Shown here piece after piece: positions 28,936-37,689 of a stretch of 64,000 bases of DNA. Every line of letters begins with the position of its first letter. The first letter of the stretch is position 1. Made by a program: the position numbers and the translations under genes. This DNA comes from Oligoflexales bacterium (GTDB lineage Bacteria; Bdellovibrionota_B; Oligoflexia; Oligoflexales; CAIYRB01), in contig JBGSUI010000193.1 in NCBI GenBank assembly GCA_041736175.1, positions 17,446-81,445 of the forward strand. Reading direction: 5' to 3'. The notes under the pieces are model-generated. The model made no database searches. It was not told where the DNA came from and saw only the letters and a list, made by a program, of their open reading frames with translations.

Positions 28936-30024
28936 ATGAGCCACCCTCATTTCGACGCAGCAGCCTCGGTGTTAATGATTGGAGTGGAGGGACAGAACCT
29001 AACACCCCAGGAGGTTCGGTTTCTCCAGACCGTAAAACCCGCTGGGGTCATCCTCTTCGGGCGCAATATCAACCAAGAAAACCATCTTCAGGTCCGAGAG
29101 CTTACCACCTCGATCCAGGATTATTGCTCTGATGTTAACAGCTCTCCCATAAGGTTGATCGCCATCGACCAAGAGGGTGGTCGGGTGTCTCGGCTTAAGG
29201 CAGACTTCCCCAACCAAGGTCCCGCCCTCAGTCTGGCCCAGGGTCGCTGGGATCAAAATGGACTCGAAGATATCACAGCTTACGGGAAAGCCATCGGGGT
29301 TCGACTCAACCAGCTCGGGATCAATATCAACTTCGCCCCCGTCGTCGACCTATTGACCGAACCCCTTAACACGGCCCTTGGGGACCGCTGCTTTGGAAAA
29401 ACCCCTGAACAGGTTATCCCCCGAGCCCGAGCGTTTTTATCGGGACTCCAGAGCGTTCCTGTACTGGGATGCCTCAAACATTTTCCTGGCCAAGGGGACG
29501 CCGCCATCGATACCCACCTCGGAACAGCCATGGTGAATCTTCCCGAAAGCCTCCTTTGGGAGCGAGAACTCGCACCTTTTAGGGAGCTTATCCACCAAGG
29601 GAACGGAACACAGGAAACATCCGCTGAGGCTCCTGCTGCAGCTCATGCTGGAGTTCCTTTGGTAAGGATGGTCATGGTAGCCCACTGTATCTACCCTGCT
29701 TGGTCCCCCCGGGAAGCCAGCCGCTCCCCTGAGATTATGGGCCAACTGTTGCGCCACAGACTTGGGTTTGAAGGAGTGATCGTGACCGACGATATGCTGA
29801 TGGGAGCCATCCCCCAGTCCGACAAAGAATGGTGCCAGGCCCTTATTGACTCCGTCAGGGCTGGTGCCGACTTGGTCCTGGTTTGCAAAGGACTGGATCG
29901 GGCACAGATCGCTTACCAGTGTCTCACCGAGGAAGCCGACAAAGACTCGGAATTTGCTCACCGCCTCCAGGATGCCGCCCTCCGGGTGACGAGGTTGCAA
30001 AAACACGTCGGCACAAGGCTCTAA
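28936..30024 (+). CDS. nagZ: Beta-N-acetylhexosaminidase (GH3)
   Basis: GVILFGRN, IDQEGGRVSRL, NFAPVVD, KHFPGQG...DTH, TDDM. Confidence 0.92.
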   Translation: MSHPHFDAAASVLMIGVEGQNLTPQEVRFLQTVKPAGVILFGRNINQENHLQVRELTTSIQDYCSDVNSSPIRLIAIDQEGGRVSRLKADFPNQGPALSLAQGRWDQNGLEDITAYGKAIGVRLNQLGININFAPVVDLLTEPLNTALGDRCFGKTPEQVIPRARAFLSGLQSVPVLGCLKHFPGQGDAAIDTHLGTAMVNLPESLLWERELAPFRELIHQGNGTQETSAEAPAAAHAGVPLVRMVMVAHCIYPAWSPREASRSPEIMGQLLRHRLGFEGVIVTDDMLMGAIPQSDKEWCQALIDSVRAGADLVLVCKGLDRAQIAYQCLTEEADKDSEFAHRLQDAALRVTRLQKHVGTRL

Positions 30025-30185
30025 GATTGTAAAATATCCAAAATTCAATATATATAACCATTAATTTCATGTGGTTATATAATTTTAGTCAAGTGGATCC
30101 TAAGCCCTGCCGATCGGGCGGTATGTTTGAGCGTTTCAAACAAATTTCGCAACCAATAAACTCACTTTTAGGAAAGGACACCATT

Positions 30186-30671
30186 ATGGAACCCGTCGAA
30201 TTACAACAGGGGGCGACCGCAGCCCTCATCATCTTTCAAGTCATTGGATTGGCTCTCTTTGGCACTTTCATCGCTAGCTTTTGGAAGCTTTTTTCAAAAG
30301 CTGGAGTCCCCGCTTGGCATAGCATCGTGCCCATCCTTAATGTGGTTCAATTGGCGCGTATTGCCGGAAAAAGCGGCTGGTTTGCCCTCCTCTTGATGAT
30401 ACCTGTCGTAAGCATCGTGGCCGGCGCTATACTTTATATGAGTCTTGCGAAAAGCTTTGGCAAGACCGGCGGTTTTGGCATAGGTCTGCTTCTTTTACCG
30501 ATCCCCTTTCTCCCCATGCTCGCTTTTGGTGATGCTAAATATGTGGGCACCCAGGGCGTCCAAGTCAACAACGGCCAAGGAGTCATGAATGGCTCCCCAA
30601 ACCTCTCCGTCGCCGGCCAAGGACAGGTTCAAGGTCAACAGAACCCTCAGGAAAACCGTAAAGCTGCATAG
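30186..30671 (+). CDS. DUF5684-like membrane protein
   Basis: WKLFSKAGVPAWHSIVPILN...LAKSFGKTGGFGIGL...LAFGDAKY; RBS AAGGA. Confidence 0.8.
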   Translation: MEPVELQQGATAALIIFQVIGLALFGTFIASFWKLFSKAGVPAWHSIVPILNVVQLARIAGKSGWFALLLMIPVVSIVAGAILYMSLAKSFGKTGGFGIGLLLLPIPFLPMLAFGDAKYVGTQGVQVNNGQGVMNGSPNLSVAGQGQVQGQQNPQENRKAA

Positions 30672-30904
30672 TTTTCCCTGTTAGCTTTTTGGACTTTTTT
30701 ACAAAGTTGGGCCTTGGGCTTAATGAGGCCCCAAGGCTACACTGCACCGAGCCCTAGGACTTAACCCGGTTGATGGCATCCCACAGCCCCGATGCCAAAA
30801 GTCCTTCCAGTTAAGTGGAAGGCTGCATTTTGGACTTCACTATCCATCAAATTGGCGCTAAAACACCCCCATCTGGAGATTTATCAAATTTGAAAGGCTG
30901 CGCC

Positions 30905-33175
30905 ATGGGATATACTGTCGGAATCGATCTTGGAACGACCAACTCAGCGATTGCTGCAAAGAAAATTCAGGTCACTTTGGGCCGAAACAGCGAAGGTGAC
31001 TTCCTCACCCCCTCCTGGGTGTGTGCAGTCCCCCCGGGTTCTGGCGACCAGGAGTATGTCGTAGGAAAAGCAGCCAAAGACCTCAGTAAACAATACCCAC
31101 GGGATACCGTCTTTTCCATCAAACGATTTATCGGCAGGTCCCTCTTCGAGCCCGCTGCACAACGAGCCCTTAACACCAAAGCCTATCCCTACGCCATCCA
31201 TGCTGCCCCCGATGATCCAGAACGCCTCCTGGTCACCCTGAGGGATAAAACCTTAACTCCCGAGGATTTGTCAGCGCTTATTTTGAAAAAAATTGTGGGG
31301 GATGCGGAACTCGACCTCAATGGTAAGGTCGATCAGGCTATTATCACCGTGCCTGCTTATTTCTCTGATCGGCAGAAACATGCCACCCGGATTGCTTGCG
31401 AACAAGCGGGACTCAAAGTCCTAAGGCTCTTGGCAGAGCCTACCGCGGCGGCGATCTCCTTTGGCCTCGACCATATCGGCCCCGAAGACTCCAAGACTGT
31501 TATGGTGTTTGACCTCGGGGGTGGAACCTTTGATATCTCGATCCTAAGCATCGTCGGCGGAACCTTTATGGAGGTTACCAAAGGTGGCGATATGTGGCTT
31601 GGGGGCGATGATATCGACCAGACCTTGATGTCTTATGTTTTATCCAAAACCGAAAAAACTTTAAAAGCAGACCTCCCCGAAGGCGGCTTGAGGGCGTTGA
31701 TCGATCAGTTAGATCCGGTAGCCCAAGCCCGGTTCAGGACCGTCTTTAAGGAAGCCTGCGAACAAGCTAAAATCGAATTAAGCTCCCAGGAAGAGGCTTA
31801 CATCGAAGTTTTGGGTTACCTCAAAGACAAAAAAGACCAATGGATCGATATCGACGTCAACATAACAAGAACAGAATTTAGCGAATTGCTCGGTCCAACG
31901 ATAGCTAGGATCGAACAAATCACCTCCCAAGTTCTTACGGATATCCATTTCGAACCAGAGCTTATCGACGAAGTGATTATGGTCGGTGGTTCTTCGATGA
32001 TACCGGCGATTCAAGACGCAATCAAAAAACAGTTTGGCTCTGAAAAAGTTCGTATCCATCCTCGTCCTATGTTTGCCATTGTCGAAGGGGCGGCGATTTT
32101 AGCCCACCGCCTCGCCGGCGCCGAAAATGCTGAGTGTCAGACTGCAGACGGCGGAGTCCAACTCATGGGCGGAACAGCCCACGACTACTTCCTGCAGCTC
32201 GCGGATGGAAAACGCCTACTTCTCGCCAAAAGAAATAGCCCTCTGCCCCTTAAAATTGAACAACAACTGGTCTTCAAAGAGCCCTCCCAGTTGGTCGCCC
32301 GGCTGCGGGTCCTCAACGAAGTCGATCACGTCCTAGAGACTGTCGGTGAGTTTTGGTATTTTCGAGACCACAATCCTGAACGACACAAGCTTACCCTCCA
32401 TAACAAGCCCCTAGAGATCACCTTAGGTTTTGAAATCGACGAAGACAACGTGATCCGTCTGCAAGCCTGGCCTACCCTTGACTCCCAGAAAGTCCAGGAA
32501 GTGCTGATCTCCCGTGATTTTGGTGCGACCCGCTATTTTAATGAGCTCGAAAAAGTCGTGAGCCAAATCGCCGCCTCCACCCCCGAAAACGACACCACGG
32601 GATTTATTGCGGTTCACCTATCGAATTACATCGTCAAGACCATCCTGGGGCTAAGTGGTAGCCAAGCCCAAATCCCTGGCGATCGACGCGCTCTTGAAGA
32701 GAAGATCTACAAGCAAATCGGGACACTGGAAGAAATTGGAACACAACTAAAGGAAGTATTTTCTAACTACAAAGAATTAAAACTAATAGATACTTTTGGC
32801 GTTTTTGGCTTAACGGACTCTGAAAAAGATATCCACTCTAATCTCATAGGTCTTTGGGACGAAGCTTGGACAAACTTTACAAATCCCGACGCCTTGCTCA
32901 GACTGAGTGATATGACAAAAAAGTTTGTTGAGAGCCTCCCCGACCAATTCGTCAATATGGTTTGGTTTAATGCAAGCATCATTAATCATTATCCCAAAGA
33001 CTCCAAAACAGTGCGTGAGAGCATCAAAAAATACGGGGAATATCGCCGGGCAGATCGCCTTGACGATGCCGAAGTTGCTCTCGATGAGGCCAGGGAGGTG
33101 AGTACTAAATTTAGCAGTGTGGAAAATACCGTCGTTGGCGGCAATCGCTTTGATCGAGATGTAGCCGCTCTTTAG
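30905..33175 (+). CDS. Specialised Hsp70 family protein with a divergent C-terminus
   Basis: GIDLGTTNS, TVPAYF, EPTAAA, FDLGGGTFDIS, LGGDDID, VGGSS; substrate-binding region and tail unlike DnaK. Confidence 0.93.
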   Translation: MGYTVGIDLGTTNSAIAAKKIQVTLGRNSEGDFLTPSWVCAVPPGSGDQEYVVGKAAKDLSKQYPRDTVFSIKRFIGRSLFEPAAQRALNTKAYPYAIHAAPDDPERLLVTLRDKTLTPEDLSALILKKIVGDAELDLNGKVDQAIITVPAYFSDRQKHATRIACEQAGLKVLRLLAEPTAAAISFGLDHIGPEDSKTVMVFDLGGGTFDISILSIVGGTFMEVTKGGDMWLGGDDIDQTLMSYVLSKTEKTLKADLPEGGLRALIDQLDPVAQARFRTVFKEACEQAKIELSSQEEAYIEVLGYLKDKKDQWIDIDVNITRTEFSELLGPTIARIEQITSQVLTDIHFEPELIDEVIMVGGSSMIPAIQDAIKKQFGSEKVRIHPRPMFAIVEGAAILAHRLAGAENAECQTADGGVQLMGGTAHDYFLQLADGKRLLLAKRNSPLPLKIEQQLVFKEPSQLVARLRVLNEVDHVLETVGEFWYFRDHNPERHKLTLHNKPLEITLGFEIDEDNVIRLQAWPTLDSQKVQEVLISRDFGATRYFNELEKVVSQIAASTPENDTTGFIAVHLSNYIVKTILGLSGSQAQIPGDRRALEEKIYKQIGTLEEIGTQLKEVFSNYKELKLIDTFGVFGLTDSEKDIHSNLIGLWDEAWTNFTNPDALLRLSDMTKKFVESLPDQFVNMVWFNASIINHYPKDSKTVRESIKKYGEYRRADRLDDAEVALDEAREVSTKFSSVENTVVGGNRFDRDVAAL

Positions 33176-33176
33176 T

Positions 33177-33782
33177 TTGAGGAATATACTTTTGAAGTGC
33201 CCTGTTTGCGGGTTATCGGGAATCGAATCGGGACAGCTTAGCTGTCCCCAGTGTTCTTCTGATATCCAAGTCCACAGTATGATCGATTCAATTATGGTTA
33301 AGCTCAAGGGGGCTGCTGAACCACAGCAGCCTTCCGCTCCTATGCTTCCCCTTCAAAAACCTATCGCGGAGTCTTCGATGGAACCTAGCCCCCCAGCTCC
33401 TACCGATGCCGTTCCTATTTACAAGTCCAGATCCCTTGAGATTTTGACACTCTGCATGATCGTGACTCTGCTCGTAGCCCTTGGTACTGCTGTCTATCTT
33501 CGCGACTCTATCAAATCTCTAGAAACTAAAATCGCTCTTTTAGAATCCCCCAAAATAACCCAAGCGCCCCCAGCGGCACCCCATGACACCTCCTCTCTAG
33601 AGCTAGTTGCCAAAATCACAGATATTCTCAAAGACTCCATGGGTGCCCTTTCCGCCGAGCGGCGGGAGGTGGAGAGGCTCCGGCAGGAGATTGACCTCCT
33701 TAAGACGGAAAAACAAAAGATTTCGGGCCCGCAAATATCCAGTCCTCCAATCCTAGACAACGTCAGCCCATCAACACACTAA
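33177..33782 (+). CDS. Zn-ribbon, single-TM, coiled-coil protein
   Basis: CPVC...CPQC, Pro-rich linker, hydrophobic segment ILTLCMIVTLLVALGTAVYL, coiled coil; 1 nt after the Hsp70 stop. Confidence 0.75.
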   Translation: MRNILLKCPVCGLSGIESGQLSCPQCSSDIQVHSMIDSIMVKLKGAAEPQQPSAPMLPLQKPIAESSMEPSPPAPTDAVPIYKSRSLEILTLCMIVTLLVALGTAVYLRDSIKSLETKIALLESPKITQAPPAAPHDTSSLELVAKITDILKDSMGALSAERREVERLRQEIDLLKTEKQKISGPQISSPPILDNVSPSTH

Positions 33783-33811
33783 ACTATTTATTTTGATAGG
33801 GATAAGCTTTT

Positions 33812-36010
33812 ATGGCACGATATAAACCTCACTTTAAGTCCAATAAACAGCTGCAAAAAACCTCCCAAAAAATAAATCAGTTGGTACAAAACGGTGACTA
33901 CCAAAACCTTATCAACACCCTCTGTCCAAGGTACGACCAAGCTGACTGCATAGATGAGTTATTGCCTAGTCTCAGCAACGACCAAAAATATGCCCTCGGC
34001 CTGGCTTTTTATAAGCTGCAGCAACCCCGTAAAGCCCTTACCCTGTGGGCTGGACTCCAGAAAAAACGGGGAGAGGACTTTGATCACCAGCTCAAAAATC
34101 TGGCGACCACCCTTTTAGGCCAATGGGATGCCGGCCAACAAAACAGAGCGGGTGCTTCGTCACAGGCACCCTGGAGCCCCTCAGAAGTCAGGGGTCTCTA
34201 TAACGTTACAAAAAACCTAAACCCAACCCACCCTAGTTTCCCAGTCCTTAAAGATCTTTTTTTGAAAACCCTTTGGAACCAAGGTCAGACCCTGCTGATC
34301 GACGACAACCTGCTTAAACCAGTCGAAAACCCTCCCTTGACCGAAATATCAAAGATCCTAGGGCAAAGTGATGCCGGGGACCTAGGCACCTTGATCAATC
34401 AGACCCAATGCCAGTTCTGGACTCGGCGGAATGGAACTCTTGAGGCGAAATTCATATTTCTCAATCAATATTTAAGTGTCGCGGCAAGTCTCGTTCACAA
34501 TCAAAATCCAGGGGTTTTTACCAAACACATACTCCCGTATGTGGAGTCCTTTTTCGAGTGGTACGGTCCGACCTTAGGCTCACACCTAGCATCCTTACGC
34601 AGCCTCGCCTTGATTCAGGTTAAAATCCTTGATCAGGTCAGTCAATACCTGCATTCAGGGGAATCAGCCTACGTACTGAAAAATTCAATCCTATGGAGCC
34701 CGGGATCCTATGTTAGGCAGAGCCTAGAAGACCAGAACGATTCCGAATCGCTTTATAGAGCTCTCCCCTCTCATCTGGCTTTTTTCTACACCGAAGTAGG
34801 ATTTTCTATCCTCGTCAACCAAACAGGTTGCGACCGATCCCTCACAAAAATAGACCAAGACAAGCTGATGTCTACGAGTTTTCTCGAAAATCTTATGAAG
34901 TCCGGCAACACCTACGGCTTTCTTTGTGGACTCGTTCTTCTCGCCCAAAAGCAAGGGAGTTTGGCGCACGATTTTCTCATCGCCCTAGAGGAAAAGGGGG
35001 CCCTTGAATGGTGCCAAGAGGAACTTGAGCGCTATTTAAGTGAAACCTTGGATCATAATGAGTTTTGGATTCGAAACGGAGACTTGCTTTCGATATGGCT
35101 CTACCTCGTCAAGAGCTGTCCTAACGTCAGCAGTTCTACCGGCATCGAAGACATCTTTTCCCGAAGGATATTTTCGTTTCTAGAAAATCGCATCGAAAAC
35201 AAAAACCTTTGTCTGCACTGCCTTCATCAATTTTTAAAATATCTACCCCAGGAGCGGACAAATGCCCTCCTAACCACATTCATTTTAGCACTCGAAGAAA
35301 GTGTAGAATTCATCGAAGAAATTAGGGAGAAAGGCTATGGAATAGCGACCCCAAGGGGACTGCTTAGAAAAGTGAAAATAAAACCAAAAGACTACTTCGC
35401 AAAGCTAGTCAATGCCTACTTGAACACCAGCCCCATCGTAGGTTTTTGGCAAGATCGAACCCGACGCTATTTTATCAGCAGCCTTGAAACTTATTTTGAC
35501 TCACTCAAGTTAAGCGACGAGATGACCGAAAAACTCAACATGGTCTTTATGGAACCCTACGATATCACACACGATGGTCTTGAGGAATTCCGGATTGCAC
35601 TAGAAAAAGTCGCACCATCCCTAGGATGTTCTATGGAACTTACCAAGTTGCTAGCAATTGGCAAACGGCAATATTCTGAGGCTAAAGCGACTAAGTCTCA
35701 AGAAGTCGTGTCTAAACAAAATTCTCATTTTCTAACCAACCCCTATCGAATCCTCGGTTTCGAGTCACAACCGACCAAACAACAAGTTATGGCTGCTGTC
35801 CTCCAACAAATGAAAAAAAATCCACAAAATCTGATCACCATCCGCTTAGCCCAGTCGTCCTTGTTTGACGCTCTCAGTGGCCCGGTTTTTTCTTTTCTCT
35901 ACTGTTTCTATCGTGGGCCTTCGAATCCAGTCACCATAGCCCCTGCCCCTAAAGAGAACCCGGTGACCCGCAGCCTAGATGTTACAGAGACGACTGGAGG
36001 AGTCGGGTGA
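33812..36010 (+). CDS. Helical (TPR-like) protein with a C-terminal J-like domain lacking HPD
   Basis: YALGLAFYKLQQPRKALTLW TPR-like helix; NPYRILG...TKQQVMAA...KKNPQ...IRLAQSSL resembles J-domain helices. Confidence 0.65.
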   Translation: MARYKPHFKSNKQLQKTSQKINQLVQNGDYQNLINTLCPRYDQADCIDELLPSLSNDQKYALGLAFYKLQQPRKALTLWAGLQKKRGEDFDHQLKNLATTLLGQWDAGQQNRAGASSQAPWSPSEVRGLYNVTKNLNPTHPSFPVLKDLFLKTLWNQGQTLLIDDNLLKPVENPPLTEISKILGQSDAGDLGTLINQTQCQFWTRRNGTLEAKFIFLNQYLSVAASLVHNQNPGVFTKHILPYVESFFEWYGPTLGSHLASLRSLALIQVKILDQVSQYLHSGESAYVLKNSILWSPGSYVRQSLEDQNDSESLYRALPSHLAFFYTEVGFSILVNQTGCDRSLTKIDQDKLMSTSFLENLMKSGNTYGFLCGLVLLAQKQGSLAHDFLIALEEKGALEWCQEELERYLSETLDHNEFWIRNGDLLSIWLYLVKSCPNVSSSTGIEDIFSRRIFSFLENRIENKNLCLHCLHQFLKYLPQERTNALLTTFILALEESVEFIEEIREKGYGIATPRGLLRKVKIKPKDYFAKLVNAYLNTSPIVGFWQDRTRRYFISSLETYFDSLKLSDEMTEKLNMVFMEPYDITHDGLEEFRIALEKVAPSLGCSMELTKLLAIGKRQYSEAKATKSQEVVSKQNSHFLTNPYRILGFESQPTKQQVMAAVLQQMKKNPQNLITIRLAQSSLFDALSGPVFSFLYCFYRGPSNPVTIAPAPKENPVTRSLDVTETTGGVG

Positions 36011-36435
36011 GCTTCGATAGCAAGACCCTGGTAGAAACCCTAGGGGGTATTCAAGGGAGAATCATGCAAACCCAGAGAAAGCTCGTGGAGGTGTCTGAGG
36101 CTCACCATGAGGAGCAACTTCGGACCGAAAAAAAGCTCCTAGAGATTCACCTGGGCACCATTGAAATCCTAGATCTTGCAGAAAGACTCTCTAAAAATGC
36201 CGAGATCCCCGAGTTAAAGCGTGTGATCCAAAAATGCCAATCCACCCTTAAACGCCATGGCATCCACGAGATCCAAGCAGAACAGGTGACCCCCCATTTG
36301 GTCAAAGTCATCGAAACCCGCGCCCATGACTCCCTCAAACCTGGTTCCATCCTCGAAGTCAGTAGGAAAGGCTACCAAATGGGTAGCAAAGTCCTCAGAG
36401 CCATGGAAGTCATCGCCGTCAAAGAAGCCGATTAG
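36007..36435 (+). CDS. grpE: GrpE-like nucleotide exchange factor
   Basis: Coiled coil, then LKRHGIHEI...PGSILEVSRKGYQMGSKVLRAMEV; GTGA overlap with the upstream gene. Confidence 0.8.
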   Translation: MSFDSKTLVETLGGIQGRIMQTQRKLVEVSEAHHEEQLRTEKKLLEIHLGTIEILDLAERLSKNAEIPELKRVIQKCQSTLKRHGIHEIQAEQVTPHLVKVIETRAHDSLKPGSILEVSRKGYQMGSKVLRAMEVIAVKEAD

Positions 36436-37616
36436 TGCACGCTAGGCCACCTTTTACGGGAGCCCATAAGGTTTTTAACTAGGGCGCCCATAAAAACAGT
36501 CGGAGCGAGCCCCAAGGTATAGGTATGACTTGGAGTGTGTGGATAGATGCGGCCAAAACCACCTAGAAAGAGAGCTAACACGGGGGTCTCCGAGAGCATA
36601 TAGATCAGCCTCTCGGGGATTTTATCGAGTTTATAGTTTTCCATCGTTTGGGCGAAGGAACGGTTGAACTCAAGACATAATTCTTGCACCGCTGCGCTCA
36701 GTGCCTGGATGAGAGGCTTTAAGGAAGTACGGTGTGAAAGATCCTGTAAATCGTCAGCCAACAGGCAAAGCTCCTTGACCTGTGTCTGCAATTGGGCCAG
36801 ATCCACCTGGACATTAAAACCAACCCCGCTCATACAGAGAGCTAGCTCGATGCTCATCCCCTTTAACAACAACGTATTTTGGTTCTGACTATTAGAAGAA
36901 GCCTGTGTGGTGACCAGCTCCAAAGACTTTTGACAGCATGCTCCCATAAGATCAAAAAATTCGCGATTCATAAAAGTCTCTGATTCGTCGGCTTGCATCA
37001 GCAGCTCTAGAGCCTTGGCTTGCATATCTCGGATAGTTTGCAGCCTTTTTGGGATTGGTGAGCCACTTTTAAGTTTACCCCCAATCAATGGGTCTAGGGG
37101 TTGACCTCTAAACAATTTGAGATGTTGATTTTCAAACTTTACCGACAGACAGATCTCCAGATTATTGATTTGCATGATAGATCCGAGGAGTAGCTTTACT
37201 TCACTAAAACACCTCTCAAAATGTTTTGCCTTTGGCTGATGGGCGACGAGCCTTAGAAAAGTTGGAGCTGAGCCTTCCAGTTCGTCTAAACAATGCTGTA
37301 TCTTTGGGATCGTCCTCGCAAAGCTATCAGACCAAGGCAAGGCTCCCCCCGTAACCTTTGCTAGTTTAGGTTTTATAGATTTAGTTTCCCCAGCGAGATT
37401 GGGCCAGTCTAACCGATTCAATACGCTAGAGAGCAATGCTCGCTCCCCTGGCCCGGAGGTGCTAAGTCCAGGAATCATCTGGTAAGCGGACTCCCAATCG
37501 ATAACCAATCCCTTAGGGGTGATTTTAACCCAGGGACTTGCCTCCGCACATTGCTGCCAAAGAGCTGAAAGGCGAGGACTCTGACCTGAAATCAAGACTT
37601 GTGGGGGCAAATGCAT
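36432..37616 (-). CDS. Hypothetical helical protein downstream of SNF2
   Basis: 394-aa ORF with RBS AAGGA; stop codon overlaps the GrpE stop. Confidence 0.65.
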   Translation of the reverse strand: MHLPPQVLISGQSPRLSALWQQCAEASPWVKITPKGLVIDWESAYQMIPGLSTSGPGERALLSSVLNRLDWPNLAGETKSIKPKLAKVTGGALPWSDSFARTIPKIQHCLDELEGSAPTFLRLVAHQPKAKHFERCFSEVKLLLGSIMQINNLEICLSVKFENQHLKLFRGQPLDPLIGGKLKSGSPIPKRLQTIRDMQAKALELLMQADESETFMNREFFDLMGACCQKSLELVTTQASSNSQNQNTLLLKGMSIELALCMSGVGFNVQVDLAQLQTQVKELCLLADDLQDLSHRTSLKPLIQALSAAVQELCLEFNRSFAQTMENYKLDKIPERLIYMLSETPVLALFLGGFGRIYPHTPSHTYTLGLAPTVFMGALVKNLMGSRKRWPSVH

Positions 37617-37689
37617 TTTTTGAGTATCCTTGTGATTGGATCACCATATCGTTTGCTGAGGTTTCATGCTGAGATTCGAAGCTGACAAC

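Noticed and set aside
30711..30737. GCCTTGGG/CCCAAGGC hairpin as an intrinsic terminator
   Set aside because: The stem is present but no U-tract follows it on the plus strand; function unsupported
30905..33175. Calling the Hsp70 dnaK
   Set aside because: The C-terminal half lacks the DnaK substrate-binding motifs, and there is no canonical dnaJ or hrcA
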